Assembly (NCBI GenBank): GCA_963664435.2
Contig: CAXXKM010000001.1
Location: forward strand, 864,001-928,000
DNA: 64,000 nt
Direction: 5' to 3'
DNA from: Longimicrobiales bacterium
GTDB lineage: Bacteria > Gemmatimonadota > Gemmatimonadetes > Longimicrobiales > Gaopeijiaceae
The position numbers and the translations under genes were made by a program. Positions 36,706-47,800 of this stretch are shown in pieces. The first letter of the stretch is position 1, and each line of letters begins with the position of its first letter. The notes under the pieces were generated by a model. It saw nothing but the letters and a program-made list of their open reading frames with translations. It did not search any database and was not told the origin of the DNA.

Positions 36706-39336
36706 ATGGCCCGAACGGTATCCGCTTCGACGAAAACGATTCACGGGGTCGGCCTGCTCGTCCTGGCCGGCGTCCTGTCCCTCGGGCGCCCCGCCCCGGC
36801 GCAGGCGCAGGAGACCTGTCCGCTTACCCCCGGCGTCCCTCCGCCGCCTGACCCGGCCGTGACCGCGCAGCAGGTGGAGAACGGAAGCGCCAGCCTGAAG
36901 GATTTCGCGGTGGGCGCTCGGGACTATTTCAAGAACCTTTCCCCGCAGGTCACCGTGGAACATGCGGCATACTTCGGATGTCTCCTCAGGCAGGAGGGGG
37001 GTCCTTGGCGTTCCGGCTCCACCTACCTGATACAATTGACGCCCGACGGACGGGTGTTCGTGCATGCGAAGGACATGTCAACGTCCGGCGGGCTGCTCAA
37101 CCCCCTGATCTATGCGGAAATCCTTGTCGCATTGGGGGTTTCCCCGGCCGATCTGGCCAACCTGGCCTCCCCCGATCCCGCGGCCGCCGCTGCCGCTCAG
37201 GCCGCCGTCTTCGGCACATTGTTGCAGGAACCGGACGGCGCATTCGACGCGACCGCCCCGGTCCCGGGTTTGCGACCGGGCATACCGGGCGCCTCCGGCC
37301 ATGCCGGCGTATATGTCTCCGCCACGCTTGGCATCCCGCTCCTGTTGCTCGCCGGATTCGAGCTCGACGCAACCCATCTGGCTCGAGAGGAAATCGATTA
37401 CGGCGATCCGACCGTTACCGCCAGGGACGTGGTGGATCGCGAGACCCTGAAGACCTTCGTCACGGAAGCGGGCGAGTACTTCATCGAGCTCCAGGAGACC
37501 GGAGGTGCAGCGGCTTCCTCGCAGGCCAGAATCGCCTTGCGGGATCCGAACGGGCCCTGGAGGCACGGTTCCGTGTACCTCTACGTACTGGAGCGCAACA
37601 GCAACGTCATCATGTTTCACGGAGCGTTCCCGGATCGGTTCGAACTCAAGCCCCTGATCCCGACTGTCCGGGATGTCGTCACCGGGGAGTTCGTTCTGAC
37701 GCAGGTGCTGGAAGCGGCGGCCAGCAGTCCGGAAGGAGGCTTCGTACAGTATTACTGGGACGATCCCACGGACGACTCGGACTCGGCCGACATCCCCAAG
37801 GTGGGCTACGCCCGCGAGTTCACCGGTCAAATCCAGACGCCGGACGGACGCACACTCCCGGTGGACGTCGTCGTCGGATCGGGCTTCTACATGAACTCGC
37901 CGGGGGTGACCGCGGCGCGCCAGAACACGGCCATCGAGTCCGTGCTGCCCCAGGTCATGCGAGCCATGACCGCCAACACGATCGATGCCATCTCGGCCCG
38001 CATCCGACAGGCAACCTCCGGGGCCCCGATGGCGATGGAGCTCAACCTCGGCGGCGCATCCACCCTCACGCCCCATGCGCTGCTGGCAAACGCGCGGGCG
38101 CTGGGGCACGGCACGCTCGATCTCGGCCGGCTCCTGGCGGAATCGTCCTTCAGCCTCCCGATCCACGCGGGCGGCGCCGTGCAGGACGACCCCGCCGGAG
38201 GTGGAGGTCTCACGCTCTGGGGAAGCGGGAGCTACCGCGACTTCGCGGGCGGCAACCCGGAAACCCTGGGCTACGATGGCACCGTGCTGAGCGCCAACTT
38301 CGGGATCGATACGCGGGTTACCGCACGGCTGCTGGCAGGGGTGTCGTTGTCACGGGCGCGCGGGGCGGCGAACTACACCGCCTCCGAGGTGGTGACGGGC
38401 GAATTGATGACTCCGCTCACGAGCATCAACCCCTACCTGGGCTGGCAGGCTCCGGGCGGATTCGACCTGTGGGCCACGGCCGGCCATGGTTGGGGCGAGG
38501 TCGAGGTCGACGATGTGGCGGCGGACGCGCAGGCGAGCGACCTGACGCAGCAGATGGTGGCGGCGGGGCTTGGCAAGTCGCTGGTGTCCAGCGAGCGACT
38601 GATCGAAGGCGGCAGGACGAGCCTCAGGTTCAAGGGTGAAACGGCTTTCACGCGGGCCGATGTCGAGGGGGCCGGAACCATCGAGAGCACGATGTTGAAT
38701 GCCAGCCGACACCGCTTGATGTTCGAGGTGCTCCACGCCCGGAGACTCGCGTCGGGAGCAACGCTCGCACCGTCGATCGAAGCCGGCATGCGGTATGACG
38801 GCGGGGATGGCGAGACCGGCGCGGGCGCGGACATCGCCGCCGGCCTAATGGTATCCGACCTGTTGGCCGGGCTGTCGGTTGACGCTCGGGTGCGGACGCT
38901 TCTGGTGCACGAGGCCGAGGGATACGAGGAACGGGGCGCTTCTCTGTCGCTGATCTACGACCCGACACCTTCGACCCCGCTGGGGTTCACGGCGCGCGTG
39001 TCGCCGTCGTGGGGCGGCCAGGCGATGAGCGGGGCCCAGGCGCTCTGGGGTCGGCAGACCATGACGGGGCTCGGGGCCGGGAGCCTGGAATCGGGCAGCC
39101 AGCTGAATGCCGAGGTGGGCTATGCGTTGCCCGTGGGGCGCGGGCTGGTGGGGACGCCGAGGTTCGGCGTTGCGACCTCCGAGTTCGGGCGGGACTACCG
39201 AGTAGGCTACAACCTGACTGTCCTGCGGGGCGGGCCCATGAACTTCCACTTCGGAATCGATGCTCGGCGGGGGCAGTACCTGATGCGCCAGGAGCCGGAC
39301 CACAGCCTGCTCGTTCGGCTCAACATGACCTGGTAA
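36706..39336 (+). CDS. Autotransporter-like protein with two Cache-like passenger domains
   Basis: Two repeats containing GPWR.GS.YL; second has GGFVQYYW, KVGY and VVGSGFY (single Cache type); C-terminal barrel ending in W. Confidence 0.75.
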   Translation: MARTVSASTKTIHGVGLLVLAGVLSLGRPAPAQAQETCPLTPGVPPPPDPAVTAQQVENGSASLKDFAVGARDYFKNLSPQVTVEHAAYFGCLLRQEGGPWRSGSTYLIQLTPDGRVFVHAKDMSTSGGLLNPLIYAEILVALGVSPADLANLASPDPAAAAAAQAAVFGTLLQEPDGAFDATAPVPGLRPGIPGASGHAGVYVSATLGIPLLLLAGFELDATHLAREEIDYGDPTVTARDVVDRETLKTFVTEAGEYFIELQETGGAAASSQARIALRDPNGPWRHGSVYLYVLERNSNVIMFHGAFPDRFELKPLIPTVRDVVTGEFVLTQVLEAAASSPEGGFVQYYWDDPTDDSDSADIPKVGYAREFTGQIQTPDGRTLPVDVVVGSGFYMNSPGVTAARQNTAIESVLPQVMRAMTANTIDAISARIRQATSGAPMAMELNLGGASTLTPHALLANARALGHGTLDLGRLLAESSFSLPIHAGGAVQDDPAGGGGLTLWGSGSYRDFAGGNPETLGYDGTVLSANFGIDTRVTARLLAGVSLSRARGAANYTASEVVTGELMTPLTSINPYLGWQAPGGFDLWATAGHGWGEVEVDDVAADAQASDLTQQMVAAGLGKSLVSSERLIEGGRTSLRFKGETAFTRADVEGAGTIESTMLNASRHRLMFEVLHARRLASGATLAPSIEAGMRYDGGDGETGAGADIAAGLMVSDLLAGLSVDARVRTLLVHEAEGYEERGASLSLIYDPTPSTPLGFTARVSPSWGGQAMSGAQALWGRQTMTGLGAGSLESGSQLNAEVGYALPVGRGLVGTPRFGVATSEFGRDYRVGYNLTVLRGGPMNFHFGIDARRGQYLMRQEPDHSLLVRLNMTW

Positions 39337-39385
39337 CGGGGCGTCCCCCGGCAGAGGTACCGCGGACCGTGCCGGGGGGCGCAAC

Positions 39386-40279
39386 TCAGCCGCGCAGGTG
39401 CTCGTTGAAGAACGCGATGGTCCGCTCCTGCGCGAGGCTGGCCGCCTCCTGGTCGTAACGTGGCGTGGTGTCGTTGTGGAAGCCGTGGTTCGCGCCGTCA
39501 TAGACGTGGACCGCGAACTCCTTCCCGTTTGCCTCGAGCGCTTCCTGGTAGGCCGGGTAGGCGGCGTTGATGCGCTCGTCCAGGCCTGCGAGCTGGATCA
39601 TGAGGGGCGCCTGTATCGAGGGCACGTCCTCCAGCGCCGGCGCCGATCCGTAGAACGGCACGCCGGCGGCCAGATCGGGAAGCCGGACCGCAAGCTGATT
39701 CACCACTCCGCCGCCGTAGCAGAAGCCGACGGCCCCGACTCGCCCGGTGGTCGCGTCGTGGTCCCGCAGGAACCGGAACGCGGCCAACCAGTCCTCCATC
39801 ATCACGTCCCTGTCGAGTTGCCGCTGCATCTCCCGGCCCTCGTCGTCGTTGCCGGGATAGCCGCCCAGGGGGGTGAGCGCGTCCGGCCCCAGCGCCACGA
39901 AATCGGCCGCGGCGAACCTGCGGACGACGTCTTCGATGTAGGGGTTGAGGCCGCGATTCTCGTGGATGACGAGGACCGAGGGGAGGGGCTCCGTCGCGCC
40001 GGCGGGCACGGCCATGTAGCCACGCATGGTCCCCGAGCCGTCCGGTGAAGGGTAGGTGACGTACTCCTGCCGGATCCGGGCGTCGTCGGTCGCCACCTGC
40101 CGCGCCCACGCGTAGTTGGGACGAAGCGCCTCAAGGACCGCCAGGGCTGCCGCGCCGCCGCCCAGCACCTTGCCGGCCCCCTCCAGGAAGTCCCGGCGCT
40201 GAATGAACCCGTGGACGTAGCCATCGAAGAGGGCCAGCACCTCCTGGGGAAAATCGCTCGCCTGCTTTCGTGTGCTCAT
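39386..40279 (-). CDS. Dienelactone hydrolase, YghX-like
   Basis: RRDFL, IHENRGLNP, GFCYGG, HGFHNDTTPRYD. Confidence 0.92.
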   Translation of the reverse strand: MSTRKQASDFPQEVLALFDGYVHGFIQRRDFLEGAGKVLGGGAAALAVLEALRPNYAWARQVATDDARIRQEYVTYPSPDGSGTMRGYMAVPAGATEPLPSVLVIHENRGLNPYIEDVVRRFAAADFVALGPDALTPLGGYPGNDDEGREMQRQLDRDVMMEDWLAAFRFLRDHDATTGRVGAVGFCYGGGVVNQLAVRLPDLAAGVPFYGSAPALEDVPSIQAPLMIQLAGLDERINAAYPAYQEALEANGKEFAVHVYDGANHGFHNDTTPRYDQEAASLAQERTIAFFNEHLRG

Positions 40280-40409
40280 GGGAGATCCTCCGCAAATCGT
40301 GTGACGATCGTTCATACCGGGTCTCACCCGCGACCATGGCCTCGGGAATGAACAGGATGCGGCCCGCGACCGAAGCACACAAGCACCGGGAGCGATGCAC
40401 CGGTCCCTC

Positions 40410-43400
40410 CTACCGCAACTTGATTCTTCCGCGGACGCGCACCGAATGTTGCGCCCCACTGAGCCCGCTCTCGCGCCGCGTGCCCTCGAGGCGCAGTCCG
40501 ACGCCCGAGCCCAGATCGTAGCGCACGCCGCTCGAGAAGGCGCGCACGCCGCTCTGGCCGAGGTGGAAGCCGCTGTAGGGCGTCCCCTTCAGGCCGACGA
40601 TGCCGTAGGCCACCTCGCCGTCCACGTTGGGACCCATGCCCGGGCCATGGCCGCCCATCGCGTCGGACACCCCGCGCTCCCACAGCTGGTTCACCCCGCT
40701 CATGTGGTCGCCGTACGAAGGCGCCACCCGGATCGAGAGTCCCTGGTCCCGAGCCGCCGGATCGAACATCAGCGTGCCGCCCAGGCCCCATTCCTCGTAG
40801 CCGTCGTGCCCCGAGATGACGAACCGTCCGCGGCCCTCCGCGGTCAGCCCCAGACTGGAGTTCGTGTAGCGGAGCCCACCGCCGACTTCCGCGCTCGCGC
40901 CGTTCACACCGTCGCCGTTGTCGTAGCGCATCCCGCCTTCGAGCAGGAACGCCATCTCGTGCCCGGTGTCGGAGCGGAAGCCCTGTGCCAACTCGAGAGC
41001 CAGCTTGCCGCGCTGCATATCGAGCGTCACCGCCTCGATCCGCTCGGAGCCGTCGACCTTGACTCGGCCGTACCAGCCCTCGGCCTTGACGCGGATGCCG
41101 CTCAGGCCGCTCGAGAACAACTGGTAGCCGGCACCCCCCGCTCCCGTCAGCATGCTGGCGGGGCTGGTGCGGAGCCCTTCCCGTACGTCGTCCACTTCGA
41201 TGTCGCCCCGGCCGAGCCCGGCCGAACCCCAAACCGAGGTGCCGCGCGCGCCGGAGAACCAGGCCAGGTAGGGATGCAGGCTGGTCATGGTGGCGCCGTA
41301 CGTGCCCTTCACCGCGCTGGCGCCGGTCCTGTCGGTGAAGTCGAAGCTGCCTGAGGAGTACGAGCCCGCGACGCCCGCCAGAATGTCCGGCCCCACGCGC
41401 ACGTCCACGCCGACGTGGCCGCTCACCATGTTGCCCTTCCAGTCGACGCCGCTCGCGCCGGGTTCGCCGAGGTGGTGGTACTCGCCCGCGCCCCAGCTCG
41501 CCAACCGGGTGCCCGTGGCGGACTGCTGCGGCGCATCCGTGGCGCCGAAGGGCATCGTAAAGGAGGTGCCGCCGAAGAGCGCGGCCAGACCGGCCTGGTC
41601 GCGCTGGCCGAGGCCGAGTCCGCCCGCGCCCGGCGCGGACAGGCTCGCGGCCATCGACGAGAGCCCGTGCGTCTCCACGCGCCGCTCCATGCCCATCCCG
41701 CTGGCCACAACGTCGACGCGGCTTGCGATCGCCGAAACCGTGCTCGACGTCATCGCTGCCGCCACGTGCGGCAGGACGCGGGTGTTCAGCCGTCCCGTGC
41801 GCTGCACGGGATCGTCGGTCGCGGCCGAAGCGCTCGCCGACGCCGCGCCGGTGCCGGCCCGGTTGATGGCCGACACCCGGTAGTGGCGCACGCTCCCCGG
41901 CAGCAGGCCGGTGTGCGAGAAAATGCTGCCCCTGGAATCGGTGTTGGTCACCAGATCCGTCCACGCGGCGGCGTTCTCCGAGACCTCGATGCGATAGCCC
42001 GTGATGGGGGCGCCGCCATTGTAGGCGGGCGCGACCCAGGCGAGGTCGATCTGCGTGGGCGTGACCGCGGTGGCGACCAGCCCCGTGGGCGCGTCGGGCA
42101 CGGTCGCGTCGGTGGTGGAGCCCGCAACCCGCGACGCATCGCCCGCGCCGATCCGGTTGATCGCCGAAACGCGGTAGTGGCGCGTCGAGGCCGGCGCGAG
42201 CCCGCTGTGCGTATGGACGGTGGCCGTGGTGCGCGTGTTGGCCACCAGATCCTCCCAACTCCTGCCCCCGTCTGCCGACACCTCGATGCGGTAGCCAGTG
42301 ATGCGCGCGCCCCCGTCGTCGGAGGGCGCCTGCCAGGAAAGGTTGATCTGGGAGGTCCCGGCCGCCTCGGCGCTGAGACGCCGCGGCACCCCCGGCAGGG
42401 TCGCGTCGGTGGTCGCACGCGCCGTATTCGAGTAAGGCCCCGGGCCCGCGAGGTTTCTCGCCGCGACCCGGTAGTGCCGCGTGGTCGCGGGCCGCAGGGT
42501 CACGTCGGAGAACGTCGTCGTCGTCGAGTTCGTGTTGCGGCGGATGATGTTCCAGGTCGCGCCCTCGTCGTCGGAAGCCTCGATACGGTAGCCGATGATC
42601 GAAACACCGCCCGTATAGCGGGGCGCGTTCCACGAGAGGTCGATGCGCGAGGTGCCCACCGCCCGCGCCGTCAGCCCGGTCGGGGCTCCGGCAGTATCGA
42701 CGTGCGTAACAGCCCACACCGGGGGCTCCGAGGTGCGCGGCGACCACTCTCCCTCGCCTTCGCGGTTGATGGCCCTGACCTGGTACTGGTACCGGGTCAC
42801 CGGCTGGAGTCCGGTGTGCCTGAACGTGGTCGTCGTCGTCCCGGTGTTTTGCTCGGCGATGGTCCAGTCGTCGTCGGGCGGCCCGAGCACCCGGATGCCG
42901 TAGCCGGTGATGCGCGCCCCTCCGTCGGCTTCCGGCGCATCCCAGGCGAGGAGGATGCCGCTCGGCCCGGTCGCGCGCGCACGCACGTTCTGCGGCCGCC
43001 CGGGAGGCGCTGCATCGGTGGTGCCTTCGGCCACGTTGGAGGGGGGTCCTGCCCTCGCCGGGCCGTTGATCGCGGACACGCGATAGAACCAGGTGGCGGC
43101 GGGACCAAGATTGCTGTCGGTGTGGATGGTGGCCGTGCTGCCGGTGCTGGCCACGTGGATAACCCAGCCGCCGACTCCGTTGGCGGACCTCTCGATGCGG
43201 TAGCCGGTAATCGGGCTGCCGCCGTCGTCTGCCGGGACCGACCAGGTAAGGAGAAGCTGGTCGGTTCTCGTCGCGCCCGGAACCACCCTGAGTCCTGTGG
43301 GCGCGCTCGGAGCGGAGGTTTCGGTGGTCTCCCGGGCGGTACTCGACCACGCGCCCAGGCCCGCCGCGCTCCTCGCCGCGACGCGGTAGTTGCGGGTGGT

Positions 43401-44717
43401 GTTGGGCCTGAGGCCACCGTGAAAGTAGGTCGTGGTCACGGCGTTGGTGTCGGCCAGGTGCCGCCAGTCGCCGGTTTCGGTGCGCGATTCGATGCGGTAG
43501 CCGGTGATCCGCCCCGAGCCGCTGGAGGAGGGGGCGCGCCAACTCAACCCGATGGCCGAGTCCCCGCGGGCCTGCGCCGTAAACGACCGGGGCGCGTCCG
43601 GCAGGACAGCCTCCGTGGTGGCGAAGGCGACGTTCGAGGGATCTCCCGTCCCGTTGAAATTGATCGCCGACACCCTGTAGTGGCGCGTGACGCCCCCGGT
43701 GAGGCGCGTGTGGCGGTAGACGGTGTCGGGATGCCGGCGCTCCAGAGGGTCCCAGGAATCACCGCCGTCCGCCGACACCTCGATCAGGTATCCGGTAATC
43801 TCGCGCCCGCGATTCGAACTCGGCTCATCCCACTCAAGCTCGATCGCGTCAGGGCCGTCGGCCACCGCAGCGAGGTTGCGCGGCTCTCCGGGAACGCCGG
43901 TGCGCGCCTCCCCGGTGACGTTTCTGACCTGCCTGTCGAAACCGAACGCGAGATTGCCGACCAGGTCCCGAAGCGCGTTGGTGCCGCGGTCGTCGTAGAA
44001 CACCCGAACCGCGTCGACCGTGTCGACGGGGCTGGCCAGAAGCAGGAACACATCGCGGGTGGCCACTTCAACCCCGGACACGGTCTTGACGTTGAACGCG
44101 TTGCCCCTGAGGAAGGATACCTGGAAGTCGCTGGCCGAGGGGACGAAACCTTCATCGAGGTCTTCGTCGAAGGCGATGACGACTTCGTCGCCGTTGACCT
44201 TCGCGTCGGAGACTTCGGGGCCCTTCGTGTCCACGGGAATGTCGAGGGAATTCGACGCAAGATTCCCATCCCCCGAGGCGCTGTCCTGCGCTACGTTCGC
44301 AGGGATGTGGACGAACACGCGACCACTATAGGCCTCCGGCATCCTCAGCGTGACGGAAAATCTTCTGCCGGAGTCGCTGCCCGGTGGAACGGCCTCCGCG
44401 CATCCCGTATTCGGATACGGGCAGGTGATGTTGAGGGCGTCGGCCGTGAAGCCTTTCACGGGCCGTGAGAAAAGGATGGTGATCTGCGCACTGTCCTGTC
44501 TGGGCGGGCTGATCCAGCTCCATGAAATCGAGGTCCTGGGGGGGACGGCCACGTCGCTCGCCGCCGCCGGCGGTTCCGCGGCCGATCGGACCACCTCGCG
44601 CGACCCGCCCGGCGTTGGCTCCTCAGCCCGCGCGCCCGCGGAAGGAAGCAGGAAGGCGCAGACCACTGCGGCGGCCCGGAGGGAACGGGCAGGAAGGCCA
44701 GGCTGGTTCGGAATCAT
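40410..44717 (-). CDS. Fibronectin type III repeat autotransporter-like adhesin
   Basis: Ig-like/SwmB-like N-terminal domains, seven Fn3 repeats (P..P..L.A...W..P...GG..ITGY.IE...YRV.A.N..G), C-terminal barrel. Confidence 0.88.
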   Translation of the reverse strand: MIPNQPGLPARSLRAAAVVCAFLLPSAGARAEEPTPGGSREVVRSAAEPPAAASDVAVPPRTSISWSWISPPRQDSAQITILFSRPVKGFTADALNITCPYPNTGCAEAVPPGSDSGRRFSVTLRMPEAYSGRVFVHIPANVAQDSASGDGNLASNSLDIPVDTKGPEVSDAKVNGDEVVIAFDEDLDEGFVPSASDFQVSFLRGNAFNVKTVSGVEVATRDVFLLLASPVDTVDAVRVFYDDRGTNALRDLVGNLAFGFDRQVRNVTGEARTGVPGEPRNLAAVADGPDAIELEWDEPSSNRGREITGYLIEVSADGGDSWDPLERRHPDTVYRHTRLTGGVTRHYRVSAINFNGTGDPSNVAFATTEAVLPDAPRSFTAQARGDSAIGLSWRAPSSSGSGRITGYRIESRTETGDWRHLADTNAVTTTYFHGGLRPNTTRNYRVAARSAAGLGAWSSTARETTETSAPSAPTGLRVVPGATRTDQLLLTWSVPADDGGSPITGYRIERSANGVGGWVIHVASTGSTATIHTDSNLGPAATWFYRVSAINGPARAGPPSNVAEGTTDAAPPGRPQNVRARATGPSGILLAWDAPEADGGARITGYGIRVLGPPDDDWTIAEQNTGTTTTTFRHTGLQPVTRYQYQVRAINREGEGEWSPRTSEPPVWAVTHVDTAGAPTGLTARAVGTSRIDLSWNAPRYTGGVSIIGYRIEASDDEGATWNIIRRNTNSTTTTFSDVTLRPATTRHYRVAARNLAGPGPYSNTARATTDATLPGVPRRLSAEAAGTSQINLSWQAPSDDGGARITGYRIEVSADGGRSWEDLVANTRTTATVHTHSGLAPASTRHYRVSAINRIGAGDASRVAGSTTDATVPDAPTGLVATAVTPTQIDLAWVAPAYNGGAPITGYRIEVSENAAAWTDLVTNTDSRGSIFSHTGLLPGSVRHYRVSAINRAGTGAASASASAATDDPVQRTGRLNTRVLPHVAAAMTSSTVSAIASRVDVVASGMGMERRVETHGLSSMAASLSAPGAGGLGLGQRDQAGLAALFGGTSFTMPFGATDAPQQSATGTRLASWGAGEYHHLGEPGASGVDWKGNMVSGHVGVDVRVGPDILAGVAGSYSSGSFDFTDRTGASAVKGTYGATMTSLHPYLAWFSGARGTSVWGSAGLGRGDIEVDDVREGLRTSPASMLTGAGGAGYQLFSSGLSGIRVKAEGWYGRVKVDGSERIEAVTLDMQRGKLALELAQGFRSDTGHEMAFLLEGGMRYDNGDGVNGASAEVGGGLRYTNSSLGLTAEGRGRFVISGHDGYEEWGLGGTLMFDPAARDQGLSIRVAPSYGDHMSGVNQLWERGVSDAMGGHGPGMGPNVDGEVAYGIVGLKGTPYSGFHLGQSGVRAFSSGVRYDLGSGVGLRLEGTRRESGLSGAQHSVRVRGRIKLR

Positions 44718-44746
44718 CGTGTCGTCTCCGCGTTGGTAAACGAGCG

Positions 44747-44832
44747 TCACCCCCCGCCCGGAATCCCGAACGGGGGGTGAGCCGTCCTGCGACCATCGGC
44801 CTGGCTGGTGGCGAGTCAGCCAGGCCGATGGT
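44747..44832 (-). terminator. Tandem hairpins between the lipoprotein and Fn3 genes
   Basis: 16-bp stem 44792-44807/44817-44832 and 10-bp stem 44747-44756/44771-44780. Confidence 0.65.
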
Positions 44833-44844
44833 GTTGAAGGGTTG

Positions 44845-47800
44845 TTAGCTCGATGGCTTGGCATCGACGGATACCACGGTACCCTGGCGCTCCTCGGTCC
44901 AGGTGTCGGTGCTGCCGTCCTCGCCCTCGTCAACACCCTCCTGCCGCGCGTCGACGCGTACCTTGATGGCCTTGTTGAGGTCGGCTTCAGTGATCGGAAC
45001 CGGTACCCCACCGAGCGTGCTCCAGGTTGCGGTGAAGCCGTCAGCGACCGGGAGGGTCCACGCCCTGGTTTCGCTGCCGAGAGTGGCAGGTGTTCCACCA
45101 GCGGCGACGAGCCATAAGGTGTTGCCTGCGGACGCGGCGTCGACCTCTACCAGAATCCGGAACTGCGAGTTGCCATTCGTCACAGCGTTCCAGCTGACCT
45201 CGATGTCGTCGTCGTCCCGTACGGCGGCCACACCGCTGGCCGACGGATCGATTTCGTCAACCGTGACCGCAGCCGAGGTGTCGGCGTACGGGACAGCCGG
45301 GGTCGAAGGCGTGATCTCTTCAGCGTTGGCAATGACCCGAACCATGAACTCGCCATCGCTCGGATTCGGGATCGTGAAGCTGCCCGGCACGTCCTCGAGT
45401 GGAGTACCAGCCTGCACCTGGGTTGGCGAGGTGACATCCGTCCAGGTATCACCATCATCCACGGAGGTCTGGATCGTGTACGTGGCGTCGTTATACCCAT
45501 CGGGCGTGTGCTCGGCGTTGGCCGTGTACATGACCGAGATGGTGGTAGCCCAGGCCCTCGTGGACTCATCGACATCGTCGGTGGCGTCGTCGTCGTCAAC
45601 GCGCATCCGCGCCGCTCTGACGTTCCGGGCGCCAGCAGTCATCGCCCTGATCGTACCGAAGTCATAAGCCTGACCCGGAGCGACGCTCACCCTCTGGTTG
45701 TCGTTCGGGTAGCCGAAGACGTGGTTCGCCGCCGACGCTTCGATGTCATAGGTGCCGAACGGTACGCTGAGCACGAAGGTGCCTCTGGCAGTGCTGGTGC
45801 TGGAGACATCGTCCCCGGCTGCGCCCGGAACCACGTTCGTGGCCGTGACCGTAACGCCACCCATTGCGGTGTTGTCCGGACCGCGCACCCTGCCCGAAAT
45901 CGTCGCGTGCAGGAAGCCGGTGAAGTTGATACCCGAGACCGCCGATCCGGCGTGGGCCGGCACGGACAGCTCCGCAGGCGCGAAGCTCATGCCGTCCTTC
46001 GACACGGTCACCGCAGCACTCTCGCCCAGGTCTTTGGCGGTGATGGTCGCGGTGTAGGTGCCGTCGGCGCCCGTCACGAGCTTGCCTGCGTTCGCACCGG
46101 TCGTGGCTGCGTTGGTCGGGGCCGCGCCGTCCACCATGATCTCGGCACCGGCGATCGGCGCGCCGCTGCCGGATGCGGTGACCGTACCGCTGATCGAGGC
46201 GGTCGCGCCTACGCCCGAAAGATCGACGTCTGCGTTGATACGGTCGTTCGCAGCGAATGGCACGATCTCCCGCGTCTTCCCGCTTCCTTCATGGGCGGTC
46301 TCAACGAAGACGCTGTTCGTGTGCGTCACGTTGCCAATCTTGCGGCTCGCCACGTTGGGCACGTACTCCGCGATGTAGCGGCCGTGCGCGTCGGTCATCG
46401 CCTCAACCCCGTTCACGTTCACGGTCACGTCGGGAACGGGGAATTCCTCCGCGTCCCTCACGTAGCCGTAGACGGTGGTCGTCGCCGGCGTGATGTCGAG
46501 TTCAACATCCCCTGCGAGCGGGCTGAAGGCGCTGCCGACCATGGCGGTGGCGCCCTTCGGACCCATCCTCGCCCGCCAGCCGTCCGTCACGCTGGCTTCG
46601 TAGACGCCGGCAGCGATGTTGTTGAAGGCGAACTGGTGGGTCTCGTCGAGCACTTCATTGCCCTTGGAGGTCTCACCCGGCCCCCGGACCGGCTTCTCCG
46701 TGGTGGTGGCGGACTCCTCGTCACCCGCGAGATTCTTGCCCTCGACGGGGCTCAGGCTGACCGAAATGCCGGGTACGAACGTGGGTCCACCATCATCCTC
46801 CGGACCCATCTTGAAGCCGTCATCGTTGGCGCTCTCGCTGCTCCTGAGGACCTGGTTCTTCCAGATCAGGCCCGTCACCGAGTGCGTGCTCACGTAGGCG
46901 AACGACGAGCAATCGCCGTGGTCCTGCGGCTTGGTGGCCTGTAGCGGGCATAGCGAAACCGTGTGGCTGTAGCCGCCCTGCGCTCCGAAGTGGCCGCCAG
47001 TGATTCCGTTGGTTTCCGTGCCGGCGTAGGCGGCCAGCTCATCGGCATGCCCGCCCTCATCGAGGAGCATGATGCTCTGGTCGCTGTTGTCGGCCTTCGA
47101 CGCCTGGGCAATCACGTTCATGTCGGCCGGCACGTTGTTGAAGACCCATGCACCGCCGTCACCATTGTTGCGCGGCTCGCTGATGCTGTCCGCAGCCGTG
47201 AACGGGCGCGAGCGCCCGCTGTCGTCGATATAGCGGACCTCGACGTCGACCTTGCGATCGGCACCCTTTCCGTCCATCTCGTCGCCGCCGATGATGTTTC
47301 CGGTGTAGCCTTCGACCTGGTCGAGCTCGTGGTGGACGTAGACCTTGAGCGTCTGGGTCGTGAACGCCGCCTCGAGCATGCCGGCGTCCTGCGTGCCGGC
47401 CAGCATGAGGCCGGTGTGCGTGTACTCGACCGGCTGAGCCGAGTAGTTCTCGCCCCCGTCCAGCGCGTTGTCCTGGTCGTCGGCGAGCGCGACGGTGAAG
47501 GTCGCCGGCAGGTCGTCGGCTCCGACGGTAGTCATGAACGCCGCGTTGCCCATGTCGTCCAGCATCTCCGGCGCGCCGTCGACCGCTTCGTCGCCGGACA
47601 TGACGCTGATCGCCCAGCCGGCGAGCGCCTCGCCGCCACCGTACTCGGTGGTGACAGTGGCGCCGCTGACGGATGCGTCGACGTTCAGGTTGACGATGTC
47701 GTTGGAGTTTCCGGCCGCGGTCGCAAACATCTGCGGATCCCAGGACACTGCGGTCCTGGCGTCCTCACCGTAATCGTAGCCTTCGGCCGATACGCCCGCT

